A stretch of DNA of 64,000 nucleotides, taken from the NCBI RefSeq assembly GCF_009914755.1, contig NC_060926.1. The stretch is one strand, 5' to 3'. Positions 28,011 to 48,649 of the stretch are shown here, one piece after another. This DNA comes from the human T2T-CHM13v2.0 reference genome, Homo sapiens. Within the stretch, counting starts at the first letter, position 1; every line of letters begins with the position of its first letter. The notes beneath the pieces are model-generated. The model was not told where the DNA came from. It saw nothing but the letters and a program-made list of their open reading frames with translations, and made no database searches. A program made the translations under genes and the position numbers.

Positions 28011-31000
28011 ACAAATGGGCAAGATGTACCTCTCCACCCACTTTCTTCATCACAGAATCAATTGTCAAATAATTTGCGTATACTGCTCCCTACACACACA
28101 TACTAGGCTATCTCTCTTCATAAAACCCCAAGAAACCTCAGTAGCTCATTCTATACTGATGGTTACAGTCTGTCTCAAATATCTGCTTTCCTTGAAAAGA
28201 AAAGGTCACTACCAAACGCCTCTGTGTCAGTTGTTGTGTTGGTTTCTTATCCTTTACAGGCCAAAGTCTTTAATTCAACTAACTGACAAGTCCAGGTCTG
28301 GATTGAAATTTATTTCCATACTCACCGTATATAAATAAAAAGATAAGCAGGTAAGTGAAAACAATATTACAGAATGTCAAGAGAATATATGACTTTAAAG
28401 CATTTCAATACGTAAAAACGCACATTAAAAATACTATTTACAAAAAAGTTTTTATTACAATAGATTTTTAAAGATCTCTACAGGTCAAGGTTACATCAGT
28501 AAACTGAAAATAAAGTATATATTTGAAGGCAAGTAAATATTTTCTATAACATTCCATAATTTCTATTTTCCACTATTCAGATTAAGAAAGTTCTACAGTA
28601 AAGACGATAGGAATAGATCCAAAGACAATCATGGTGATAATCCAAAAAATAAAATGCTTTTAAATATTTTTTTCTTAAGTTGGGAGAAACAGCCAAATAA
28701 TATTTATGAAACAAAGAAGTAACCAGGGTTTCAAAACTTAGCTGTAAGAAGTTCTACCCCATATATTAAGCCTAGAACAGACAACAGCCTCTAAAACATG
28801 TTTACAGGAAAATAAATATTCCGTAATACATATGGCAAGCCTTCTCTGAGTCCTTTTTCCTTTGTTCTTTCTTCAGACTCAGTTTCCCACTTTACAGCTT
28901 CTTCTCATATGACTCAATAAAGAATAAACAGGCTGGAAGTTAAACTGGTTGAACAATCTCTGAATAAGATACTGACACTGCCTGTTATTCTTTCTTTCAC
29001 TAAAGTTTGATGACTTTTCTTTGGCCACCCTCTTCAATCTTCTGATAACCAAGATGAGTGCCTCCTCCTCTTAATCATAAGCACTGTATTAAAGACTCTC
29101 CAACCCAAAGAAAAACACAAAAACAATCTTGGGAGGGGCACAGCTGAAAAAGAACATGTTCTTAACTTCTCATTTACTCTCTTCTCTGGCTAACTTTTGC
29201 CATGCCGCTGCCATCACCACCATCAGCACCATCAGCACCATCACAACCACCCTCCCCAAGACTTAAAACAACTGCTTTAAATTTCTTTTCATGCAGCAAG
29301 CAATAGCTTGTAAAAGGATGCAAACCAGCTGAAACATTTGACAGACAGTGTTAAATACCAGGGAATTCCTATCAACCAATTTACTTTAAAAGGCGCTTTG
29401 ATGTTGGCTATCTTTCATGTACCTCTTTCATGGCACATTTATAAAGAAGACGGAGCTGAAGTAAATCAAGACCCAAGGTCACGTCTAGAATTACAGCACT
29501 GTAGGTACCTGATGAAATAGGGATTAATGCTGCATGAGTAGAGAATAAATAAAAGCACCTCTACCCACCAATCAGGCAAGTTTTAAAAGTGCTTCTGAAC
29601 TTTATTCTGCAACTAGACCTGAGATATCTTTAATCCCCCATGCCCTTGAAACCTAATTATCATAATGTGAACCCAAATGTTAGGGTTCCTTCAAAATGCA
29701 AGTGCTATGAAGCGGAAAAGTAATGGGAATTAAACTGGGCGTAACCTTAGAAATGTACGGATGTGGGGAACTTAAAAGAGGTATTTCATTAAGTTAGGAG
29801 AGCATAATACAAAGATTTAGCCACATAAAATACACAGAATCAAAAGGTTTACCGACCCCCCACTGCAGCCAAAAGATATATAAAACACAAATAAGGTGAA
29901 TTCAAGAACTACTGTTTTCAACTATCAATTTCTGGCCCCCGAATCTCCAAGTTCTATATAACCAAAAGAAAAGGATCTCAACAAAGGATTTCAGTAATTT
30001 TGAATTCAACTAATGCAACTAAAATCAGAGAGAGAACCAAAATAATTCTTCACAACCCAGTTTAAGAAAAAACCTAGATATTCCCTCAATAAGAAACGGA
30101 ATACATTTTTTAAAACGTGTTGGCCAAAGGTGAGGCAAAACAGTAAGCTGTTTAATCCCAAAGAAAAGAGGAAAATATGGATAAGAATAGGCCAAAGAGT
30201 CAACAATCTTAAAGTAAAAATGGTTCCAGTGGTAGCAATTGATATATCCCTCACACATCTAATTTACCCTAGAAACTATGATGGAAAAAAAGAGCTAACA
30301 CTGCTTAATAGAAATACATTCATCTTGAATTCACTACATTACCTGTTGTTCACCAAAACACAGAATTCAGCAGAAATTAAGACTGCACTGGACCCTATCT
30401 ACAGAGATGGTTACTAAAAGTCCTAAAGGATGGACACTACAACCCTAATATGGTTCCTAACTTCACCAAGAACACCATTAATAAGAGGGTCTATATATAA
30501 TTATTTCATCTACCTATTTACAAGCATTAAAGTCTCAGAAACTATCCTTTTCTACTCAACTGAACTCTCTAACAGAAAATACTGTTCATCTGATGTATGC
30601 TCTTTAAGAACAAAATTGTATACAGGAAATTGGTGAATTCCACTCTATTTTCAAAATGGCAGTAAAATGTCAGTTTGGAGGAGTATCTAGGAGTGTAAAA
30701 CTGTACATACGCAAACAGATTAGACAGAGAAAAAGTAAGGCATTGTTTCCTCCACTTCTAAAGGTTATCAAAAACACTGATACAATCCCAAAGTTCATCA
30801 ATTGCTACATTAATGCTGAACATGTTTAATTTACATTTTAGGTTCTGTTAGAGCCTAAATATACTTGTCTAAACAGGACATCTGTTTTGGTTATAATACA
30901 TTGTATCTTTGGCAAGAACTTAAAACTAACAAAAACAATCAAGAATCTTTATTGGATCTGGCAACAAAAGCAGATTTGTAACCAAAAATCTTAAAACAAG

Positions 31001-33949
31001 AAATGACCATCACTGGGCTTTAGGCCATTTCTAATCTAAGTCAATAAACAAAGATCTGCAAGAGGGGCTACAGTGAGGGGGTGGGGTAACTCCTGCAGAT
31101 ATTTAAATTGGACTTACGAACACAAAAACACATGGGTTACAAAACTGGTAAAACATTTTATTTTGATCAAAAACAGTCAAACTGAATTCAAATCCAAATA
31201 GTATTTTAAAACCACACACACATATACATACACACACATCCAAATTATTCATTCCTTATGTCTCCTTTCCCAACATACTTCACTGAAATGGTCTATTTAA
31301 ATATGTATTTTTAAAAACATTCTGCCTTTCAACAAAATGAACATAAATTGTATTGACTGTAAAACATAGTTTTATTTTTTAATTTACCTTATATCACAAA
31401 CATCCTAGAAAGGAAACACTATAAACAAGAGCCCAGTGTTCATAATAGTCACCGAAATGGAGATGAATATCAATAAAGAAAAGGCAACAAAATTCTAGAA
31501 TGTCACAGTACATCATCTCAAGCCATCACTGTAGAAAGAAATGAGAAATTTAAATAACACAGCACCTTAACTTGTCATTAGGCATGATAATCTGGATATT
31601 AGTTTTAATATCCAGAAAACAATTTAGGCTATCCCAAGTTCCAAGGATGATTTATGGTTTTTATCATTCCTAGAAAACTGCATATAGAGGAGACAGGATA
31701 TTTAAATACAAAAATCCTGATTTCAAATTCCACTTGTGAAACGGAAAATACTGCACTAGTGAGAAATTAATAACACCAACCACATCTTTTCCTCCATATA
31801 AAACAGTATTAACTTCATAACATTATGAACTTACATAGCTAAATAGATCTTAAGTTATATAGCTAAGTCTACTGATTTTTTGGAAAGTAAGTTTCTTTAA
31901 ACCAAAGCAAAAGAAAAAGGTCCAGGTGGTTCAGGACAGGGGAGATCTGCTGCACATTATTCTGATAAAGTCACCCACAGAGTAAAAAGAAACCCGAGAA
32001 ATCATCCAAAAATCTCTACCAAAAATTCCCCCTACCATCACAAAATTAATGTATCCTTATTAAAATTCATATTGTTAGATTAGGTCCAAAAACTCAAGTC
32101 TTTCAAAAACTTTTTTGGTTCTGATTCTAACACACCTCAGTGTCCACAAATTTGAAAAGCATGTCTCCAAATCTTGACTGAATTATTGACTAAAATGTTA
32201 ACTAATAGGATGTTTGTGGCACACTAGAGACCTCAAACCAGACATCAACACATTAGCTAATCAACATCTTTTTGGGAGCCACATAACCAAATCTCCACTT
32301 TGTCCATAAGGGTATTAAGAGACTATCAATAGCTGTGCTGAGGTCCAGATGTTTCTACCAGTCTAATTTTCCTAACAGAAAATGAAATAGGTTAAGACCA
32401 AAATGTTTTATTTGTAAGAAACGCATGGTGATGTCCAGTGGTTATTTTTCTACTGTCCCTTCCTACCTAAGTGCTCATCAACCATTCCTTTATAATTTAA
32501 TAATAATCTTACCTGTCCAAGATTACACTCAGTCATCTATACAACCTATTTTATTTTCCCTCTGGAACAACAAAATAACATCAGTTCATCTCCAAGCTTC
32601 CACAATTTCTCAACAATTACCAATAGTGGTATCAAAATTTTAGGTACAAGTCCACCCAGAACTCCAGAAAATGTTTCATCTGGGCCAGAAGATAAAATAA
32701 GAAACAGAAGATCTCTTAATATCTTATTTTAATTATGTTTTAGTTTTCTTTTATTGATACTTATTCATCTTTTCAGCCCCCCAAATCATCCTATCTCACA
32801 AATCAAAAGAGAAGTTGAACAAGTCTACTCTTTTATCCACTGATTAGGATTATGATATTATCTAGAAGCAATGAGATTTCTTTTCTAACTCTCTTTACCC
32901 AAAAATAATCATTAAAAGACTTTTATGCTATACATGGGGGGAAGCAGGAAAAGGAGGGATTCAGTTCTTAAATTTTGGTCTTCCAGAACTATTTTTAACA
33001 GATCAGTAACTTCCCTCTTACACACATTCTTGGTTACTTACACTTCTTTCAGCTTTGTATATGTCCTTGTAAAATCCACACCTGGCAGGGAGTATGCAGT
33101 CAATACATACAAATTAATTTACTTTTAGTTCCTAATCTTTTTCTGGTTGCAAAGCCCCTGGAAGTCAATGTGCTCTACTGAGAACACAACAGAATATTTG
33201 CATATTATATAATATAATTAAACATATAAGAGCTAAATCAGATACTAGTTACTAGTAGACACCAACAAATTAAGAAAAATACATAAATGTAAGATAAATT
33301 GTTCCAAACTTGGTTTGGCAAAGAAACTTTCTTGTATGAATGACATAATTCATACAAGAAAGGTTCCTTTCTTTTTTTTCTTCTAGGGGAAAAAAACATA
33401 CTTGATAGAATACTTAAGCAATTTTCTGACATACTCTAATAGGTAGAAGACTTGTTCTAGCAAACCAATCACCCAAACATTTTTATTTGTGTTTTTCTCT
33501 ACTGGAATTATGTTCTCTTTTCCATAAAATTTTGTTACAAAGAGTGCATCTCTGAATTGGCCTATTAAAAACCTTTTGCCTTGAAATAAGATTATAATAA
33601 AGTTTTATCATGTGTTAATAACTAAAGTATTTGTAAAGTTTTCTTTGACATGAGGAATTTTAATTGAGATTGGGAAAATTCTATCCATTAATTTAACTTT
33701 TTTCCAAGGAATATGGTAAGGATCATGGCTCATTATTTTACTGGAAGAGTACATTTGTCCAGCTTACATATCCCAATGTGTTCTCAGAACCATTCCTCTA
33801 TTTACTTCCCTTCAGAGGATCTTTTGCAATTGTATAAGGTAGTCTGAATTTTATTTCTAAAAGCTTTCTAACTTCTCAGTAAAGACTCTTGCGGGCCAAT
33901 CTTCTCTCTTAACTTTGCATTTTTAAAGGCTGAAAACTGTAATTTCATA

Positions 33950-34182
33950 GAGCAATGTTCCTCAAACTTTTATGATCAACCATAAGAAACACATCACAAC
34001 CCAGTACACATATATACATGTAACCAAAACAAATATTCATGAGACAATACTTAGCTTACTGCATGAAATGCCCTCTATTTCCTATTCTTTTCTATTTAAC
34101 TTTTTAAAAATGCTGGTTAAGACGCACTAAATGGACTTCACATTTCACCAATGGGTTACAAGTTACAATCTGAAAAACATAG
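33950..34182. mobile_element. Probable hAT-family MER element
   Basis: Terminal CAATGTTCCTCAAAC ... TGAAAAACAT resembling hAT TIRs. Confidence 0.45.
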
Positions 34183-34329
34183 GCTCATACGACACAGAAA
34201 AATGAGGATAAAGAGAACATGAATCTGGATAGTATGGATAAAGGAGGACACAAATTCATCACACTTTACTTCAGCACTGGAGTCTTCTTAAAATGTGTCT
34301 CATATACCAAGAATATCGGTTATACCTAT

Positions 34330-34570
34330 ACTTATCTAAAAATTGTACTTCTTGTCACTATCGCCTTACCTTGCTTTTAATTCTTGATACAGAATTTTTC
34401 ACCAACTGACATATATAAAAATACACACACTCTTATCTTTTTGTCTGTCTTCTCCATTGGAATGCAAACTTCAAGAGGGGTAGGGACTTTGCCTGTACTG
34501 CTTTCTTTCCCAGCACACAATACTGTGCCTGTCACATAGTCTTGGTTCTGAGGGATACTCTGCTGACTGG
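34330..34570 (+). mobile_element. L2 3' end
   Basis: GAATGCAAACTTCAAGAGGGGTAGGGAC..TGCCTGTCACATAGT. Confidence 0.65.
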
Positions 34571-37115
34571 ATGATCGAAACAGGAGTAATGGGATGTTTT
34601 TGTTCTAGCTAAAGCATCAAAGGCCTGTTTTGCCAACAATAGCAATCATTCATCTGTGTCCTATAAAATGGGTGTGTTTTGGGGGGAGGGACAAGAGTTA
34701 GACTTGAGAGAAAAAATTTCTTTGGGAAGATGATTGGGATGCTATGCCATTTTTCCTGCTCTCTCAACATTTCACATAGAAGAATATCTCATCCATCACA
34801 TGCCAAGTGGAAGGCGCTTTACTGGGAACACTTCATGAGCTTCACATATGCTCCCAGAGTATGGAGTGCTAAACATGCCTTAGAAAAATGAAAAGGAAGA
34901 GCTACCTCTGAGAGCACAGAAAAGTACAAGAGGAAGGCAAGGATGGGTAAGAAAGAGAATAGGTGCAAGCCTAAGGTATGAGAGAGAAAATTTAAAAGGG
35001 AGACAGCTGTGCTAAGGATAAGCTGTTGATACCCATTGGAGAGCAGGCAAGGAGGTATGAGCCAAATGGGCCTGCAGGAAGAAGTGTATGGTAGGCTTTC
35101 AACAGATTCTGTCCAAGAGGACTGAGCAGCGAAGTAACGCAGATGAGAATGGCTGGTCTGAAGCCCAGGGCGAGAGAAGGAAAGCCATAACCAGTCAACC
35201 AAAGAAGATATCAGCTACATCACAGCTTCCTTGCAAGGGAAATCTCAGAAAACAAAAATAGAAAAATTCTTCATAACACCCCATGAAAGGAAGCATCAGC
35301 AATTGTATTTGGGCCACCCAGAGGGCCTTACCCCAGAATGCAACTGGTCCCACTTCCTAAGACCATGCTCTTTTTTCCCATGCTACTCCACTCTGAGGAC
35401 TAAACTTAGAGGGATCAGAAAATTCAGCTAGTGAGTTAGGGAAAATAAGAATAACAAAGAGGAAAAGAGAGAGGACACTAACTACATATCCCGATAAACT
35501 AACCTGCAAATCCCGATAGTGAAGTAGCATCTTCCAGAGTGAAAGAGGCCTGACATTTAATTGAACTTATCTCAAGTTTGGATCTCTGATTATTGCACTA
35601 CAGAAGATATTTCAACTGCTGAAATGAGACTATGCTAATAACTAAGAGGGACTGAAAAGGCTATGAGACCTGTCCATTATTTCAGCCAGGAACGAACATG
35701 AGTTCATCCAAACATGAGTTGAATAAAGAGAGGAGGTAGTAAAGAAAAAGTTGTTCTCTTCTTGTACCTTACTGAGTCTATCTCATTCAATCTGACATTT
35801 ATAGGTGATAAATATTTGTTGAATAAATGAATGCATAAGTAAAATAACTACAAGAAAATATATAAAAACATTAATATGATTCTCTGAGTAATGACAGTAC
35901 CAATAATTTTTATTTTCCTCTGGGTATTTTTCTGGACTTCTCAAGATCTCCCTCTTAAGCATCCTTTAAAAAAAAAGAATATTAAATTGCCAGAGAATGA
36001 AGGCTATATCATGTACATGTTTCCACAGGCATAGATATCCTGAGGAAAGAACTAAAAGAAACAAGTAATTCTTAACTCAAGTGTAAATTTAGATGATTGA
36101 AAAGATCATTATCTATTTTTTTTTATGGTCTTACTTTGGTGTCGGAAAATAGCAAATTTTACATTTAAAGAAAATTTAAAATACAAAACCAATATGAGAA
36201 ATGAGCTACCTGGATTCATCTTTCACTGAAAACAACTAAAAGACCTATCTTCTTAAAGAGATCTATGAGTTGGCAAGAAAGAAATTTTTTTGCTAAAAAA
36301 AAAAAATGAAGTATATGTGGGAACCTTGATTTCTGAAGCTGACTTTCAGCTGAGGGCATCTGCTGAACCAAGTGCATTTTATTTTCAAGTTTCATGGCCT
36401 CACAGAGCTTCACAGAACCAGAAGAATAAAATAGAAAACCCAGGATCCACCTAAGATATAGATGTTAACAAAAGATCCCCCACCTACTCTCACATATGTA
36501 AAGCTAGGACTCCAGAGTTAGGTTAAACCCTCAGTGTAAGAATAAAACAGAACTATAACTCACTATACTCTACCCCCAGGAGATCACAATGAAAATGGAC
36601 TATCTCAAACTCAGTCACGGGCTGATGTAGGGGGGAACTACTGATAAGAATATGGAACTATAAGCCATCTGTCTGGTCTGCAGCCTAAATTCACACTACC
36701 TGGGTGGTCAGAAAAAAACTCAAGCCGAGAATTTAATTTAAGTGATCCCAAACTGGTAGTATCTAAGGGAGTGTAGCAGAAGCAAATGCAAATCCTCTTT
36801 GAAGCAACTTACCATCAGTCCAGGCCTAAATGAATTCCCACAAAGTTCCACCAAAATAAAAAGCTTACCTTAAGAACTGAACAAAAAAGGAAAGAAAGCA
36901 TCACAAAGCAGAACCAGCAATTACAGCATATAGCAGAAATAAAATTACAAGGATTCTAGAATTATTACACAGATTGTAAAATGCAAAATTTAACATGGTT
37001 TAAAAAAAGACAGGCTTGAAAATATAGCCAGGAAAAAAGTGACAGAATCATCAAGCAGATTTGAAAAACACAGAACTTCTAGATGAAAAATAAAACTGAA
37101 ATTAAAAATTGAATG

Positions 37116-40075
<2,960 letters not shown>

Positions 40076-41088
40076 GTGCCTACCATATGTCAAAAGATTG
40101 AAAACTGCAAACCATTCTAGCATATACTTTAAACAAATGACCCATAAAACTGTAGAATTTTTCACGAACATTTTCAACTTTCATTTTTTCATGAACATTT
40201 CAACTTCAACTATCACAATTCAGTATGTGATAACTGAGACTCAGCATGGTTACATTCTGCAACTTAACTCCAGTTTAACTTTTTGCTCCTTTGGTAATTA
40301 GAATTTGCACCTTTGGATGACTTGCCCCCTAATATGTGTAAGTATCATGATTCGTAAGGTATTTTAAGGGTAGGGAGAGAAATGAATGAGAGAAAAGACA
40401 GATGAATGGGTCAGGTTTCCTGGGGTTTATGAATTAGGATATATATCATGGCATTTGTTAACCTATGGCAGCATGTCAGGGCAAAGAGTGTTGGAAGGAA
40501 CAGATAAGAGGAAATGTGCTGGTAGATATGGCTGGAAAAGGTTTTTCAGGATGAGTGGCTGACAAGATTATAGATTAACCTATCAGATTATCTGTTCAGA
40601 AGGTATTAAAAATGGCTGCCAGAGAAAGACTGGAGATTTCAATTTCAATGTAACTTCAAAGTGTAAGATGAGAAAACATGGTTTTCTCAAACAGGCACTT
40701 TGAATTTGGCAAAATGATAATAAAATGAAATTAAACAGCTGATTTTTCTAAAGCACTTGCTATAAATTCCAATTAGATATCTGCATCATTTAAAAACTTC
40801 AAAAGCACATATTAGCAAACAAATGCAAAAAGTACATTAAAAGACTAATACAGTGTAAGTAGAGTTAAATCAGAACTGCAAAAATGGTTCAACTGTAGAA
40901 AATAGCTACCATAATTAACCACACGGGTAGATTTTAAAACCCAAATAATTATAGCAGAAAGGAGAAAACAGACTATAGGAGAAAGACTACCATCCAAAGC
41001 AAGTCTTAAATTGCAACAAAATGGGGCTCTTCTGAAAGAAAATGCCTAATAGAGACTATATTCATAAAAGTGCAAAGAAGGCACCAAA

Positions 41089-41330
<242 letters not shown>

Positions 41331-41889
41331 CTAAACTCAAAGATTAGCCCACGCTTAACATATTTACTACAAATAGCCTTAAAAATAGGAGATACATAAC
41401 ACATTCCATTTTAAATCTTCACAGTGGTCAATGGTGCTAACAGGTAAGTAACATTTCCAAAGATGAAGATGCTAAAGCTAAAAGAGGATTAAAACTATAT
41501 GGCTAATCAGAGGCAGTAGGTGGCAGGCCTGAACCTAGGTCGTCTCTATAGCCCACATACTTCACTTCATACCACAGCACCTATGGTGAGGCTCAACTAA
41601 AATGGCATCTAATTCATATCCATTAATAAGACTGAACATCTCATGATACCACAATACATAGATTTTACACAAGTACGATAGACATTATTACTATCCAAAG
41701 TGGTAGATTTTACTATCATCCCTATTGCATCAAGGTGAAAATAAACTTTATGTAAGTTTATTAATTTGCATAAGAAAATACTGCATCTAATTTCACAGCA
41801 CTTTTAAAGACATATAATTTATATTTATAATAAAAGTACGTATATAAACAAATACAAACACACTCATAAAAAAACATATTGTTTATTAA

Positions 41890-42425
<536 letters not shown>

Positions 42426-43776
42426 AAAGTTCAATAAAGGGATATTCTATAAGCAAATGAAGAAAAAACTGAAGACATCTTCACTACTTAATATTTTTTA
42501 TGATTTGAAAGTTGTACTTATAACCACTACAAATGTATGCAAGATATTTACATGAAATTAATGTGAACAAGTTAAAAAAAAATCAGAGAAGGTACCTGAA
42601 ATAAACTGAACCAGCTACATCAGTGCTTGTATTAGTTTCTCAAAAGGACTGGGTGCACGTTTGCAGTTCCCAGAATAGGGAAGATCCACCGTATTTCCCA
42701 GGCCAACTTAAATTACAACCAGAGAAAGAGGGAAAAATTCTGCAGTGGATGTTTCAATCTGTTTCCTTCTTGAATCATGATCCCATGGCACCTATCGGTT
42801 TGTTCCTCACCTTCTCTTACTCCCCTTGTTACCCTGAGTTTGTTTTTCTGACTGACTCTGACTACACTCTTGGCACTCTTGACTATAATAACTGCCTGGC
42901 CTTTACCTTTTGGCCTACCTACACAAATCCTAGAATTCTTCCTGTGTTAGGTTTTACTTTCTGTTACTTTGTTGATCCTGTCAGTCACCTGCTCATCAGT
43001 CAACCATTCTTTTAGTTATTAGTTTTCTCACTAGCAGTGGGAGATAGCTCTTGATCACTTTCTGTTAAATATCAGCCATTATAACTACTCTCTCTCCTAG
43101 AATTAAATCCTTTAGGACTTAATATTCTACTATAGTTTGGAAAAGGAAGACATGACTATTGAGATCCAAAGAGGAAGTAGGGAAACAATGGTGAAAGAAA
43201 GCAGAACTACTACAAATGCAGGGGCAAGACTAGAGAAATTGGGTCTTTCTAATCCAAAGCTATTCACAAGTTATCTGTATGCCTATATGAAATAAAAGTC
43301 TGTGACCAAGGGATAAATGAGGAAAGAATACTGGAAATACTTTTTAATTCATAATACTTACCTTGGCTCTCAGTTCTGAAGGGTAATGATTCATAGGCTT
43401 CAAAGCTTTGGGAGAAGAAGGCTAAGTTATTCACAGTCTACTAGCTGCTAGCCTGGTACATCATTCTACTTATTATTCAATAGTTAACTAGAACCCTCAC
43501 ACAATGTATAGCCTAGAAAATCCAATGAAACTGAGCCCTAACGTGCTGCTTCTGTAAGAGGTTTCTGGACTCTGTCCTGCTCTAATCATTCCTGTCTCAA
43601 ATTTCTCCAAGAGTCAGACACTTTACATTATCCTGCAAAGTTCTCATGAACACCAAGAGGTGGTCTGGAGGGCAAAGAAGATGTACATCTTAAAAAGAGA
43701 AGGGAGGATTCATCACAAAAGGAACTTTAAAGTTCCCATGCTTCTCCAAGAAAAGAGATATATGTAATAGCCTTAC

Positions 43777-43884
43777 CAGTAAACAACATCCAGTGGTGCA
43801 AAATAATTCTTCATTATCAGGTCAGCAAAGTAAGCTTCTGTTTCCCTGCAGGCAGTTCCATTTCCAATCACTACTGTGCTGCAG
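43777..43884 (-). CDS. SRBD1: SRBD1 internal coding exon, 108 nt ([35 protein letters not shown]-)
   Basis: TTTCTGCCTTGAAG|CTGC...TACTG|GTAAGG; [11 protein letters not shown] matches the Tex IGNGTASRET motif; phase 2/2. Confidence 0.95.
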
Positions 43885-44566
43885 CTTCAAGGCAGAAACA
43901 GAATGACAAACTGAATTTCAAGGCATGCTTTGAAATCAGCTGGAGAAAATGTACAAAATGCACAAATACTATTATATGATTCTCTTATTCTCTCATATAT
44001 ACAAGCAACCTGTCCACTGTTGCATAAGGAAAACACAGACTTATATGGAATAAAAGACACTGCCCTGCATTTGGTATAGGAGGCAGCAGAGAAGTATTTT
44101 ACTGTCACACTATCTCAAAAAAGTCAGCTTTCTTCCCATCAAGAAGGAACCAAAATCAGAGATAAGTCAACTCTGGAGCATTCTAAGCCATCTAAGCCGT
44201 AATAAAGATATTATGATTAAATTATATAATATATTGTCAATTTCTGAAACTTCTAACTATAACCACATCTATTCCTCAGATGGAAAGAAGGCAGGGAGAG
44301 AGGGAGAAAATTGGAACAGAAGAATGAACTGCTCACATCTGCCCATATTACCTCCTTTATTTGTAATGGTGGCAAAGGAAGGGAGCAGCGTTTCTCAAGT
44401 CTCCACATGCAGAGTTCTCCAGCAATTTGCCCCAGAACTGTTTTATATGGTTTCTTGTCTCTCACAAAGGCACCTCCCTTAATCCCTCCCTCCAAATTAG
44501 GGGCTTCAAAGGTATCTCTGGTTGACTGAGCCACTGATATATTCAAAAGATTACTTATTTTCATAC

Positions 44567-44657
44567 TTGAAATTCAGCAAAAGTGTCTTTATTTTCTCCG
44601 CCTCTCGGAAGCCTTGTCCACAATGCAAGTAAACCACATCAGTATGAAGTATCTGAC
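44567..44657 (-). CDS. SRBD1: SRBD1 internal coding exon, 91 nt ([31 protein letters not shown])
   Basis: TTTTTTAAAG|GTCAG...TTCAA|GTATGA; phase 1/2 consistent with both neighbours. Confidence 0.93.
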
Positions 44658-45149
44658 CTTTAAAAAATGAAAAGAATAAGCCATTTTATAAGAAATTACA
44701 AAGTGAAACACATGAATGATTTTGTTAAGCAAGTTGTAACAGAAAAGGAGACTGGCTTGTTTTTTATAATGAAGTCTGAACTATTCATATTCACTAAATC
44801 AGATTCTTCCTAACCTCTCTGAAGTATTGCTCTTTCCAATTTCACAGGATTCTGTTTGCTACACAAAACTACTATTAATTGGAGAATATGCTAGGATACC
44901 TAAAAGAAAAACGGTTTTCACTAACAGCTAACATTAATAGTAGCAAAAGCAAACACTAACTGAATTGTTAGTATATGTCAGACACTGTTGTGAGACTATC
45001 CTATTTCTTTTTTTCTGGTTGTAGATACATGACTTTATTTACCTTGTGCATATTTAAGACTTATGAGCTTTTCTATATTGCATTATAAAGAAAAATATTT
45101 TTTATTGAAAATATTTATAACAATTAAATTTAAAATAATTAAAATTATT

Positions 45150-47915
<2,766 letters not shown>

Positions 47916-48173
47916 AGTCCGAGCCTAATTAATCCTCAATATCTCTACTGAGATATAGGAAGCATATAAATGATAGTTGTATATTGAGGAGTTTGATCAA
48001 CAAATGAGAGAAAAATGAAGTTTGATTATCTGGTTCCCAACACCCCTGTATGTGAGAAAACCACTTTTTAAGCCTTTAAAATTAACATTATTTCCAAATC
48101 CTCATGAAATGTATGAAGTGAAACTTATAACCAACCAAACAACTTTTACATGGAAAATTGCAAGACAACTTAC

Positions 48174-48331
48174 TAGTAGGAGAAATTATAGCTAATTTGC
48201 AACCATGTTTATAACCAGGATCCACTCCCATTAAGGTGCGCCCTGGAACAGGGCTTGTTAAAAGGAGCTGACGAAGGTTCCGTCCAAACATCATTACTGA
48301 TTCCTTCTCTGCATCTGATGTTAGTTTGGCT
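48174..48331 (-). CDS. SRBD1: SRBD1 internal coding exon, 158 nt ([52 protein letters not shown]), start of YqgF/RNase H-like domain
   Basis: TTCTTCTATTTCTAAAG|AGCC...CCTACTA|GTAAGT; phase 2/1; GVDPG..GCKLA matches the Tex-family GLDPG..GxKxA motif. Confidence 0.96.
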
Positions 48332-48649
48332 CTTTAGAAATAGAAGAAAAGAAAAAGTTTTTCATTCACCCAAATTTTCTTTCCAGAAAAGGAGCAGAAT
48401 TCATTTTGTACAATTATTTCTCAAAGGATAATTTATTATAACAATATAACTTAAGAGAAAAATATACAAAAATTATATTGAGTCTATTTTCACTAATCAC
48501 AGTAATATGATACCACAAGCAATTCTGAAGCAAGTCTTGTAAGTTTATCATACCTACATTACCTCTCTATCTGCTCTCTACTGTATATAAAACCCATATT
48601 TATAAATATGTGTATATGTGAGAAAGACAGAGAGTGTACGCACATTTGA

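Noticed and set aside
29203-29252. CAC/CAT/CAG-rich tract resembling a poly-His exon
   Set aside because: Short simple repeat with no ORF or splice context
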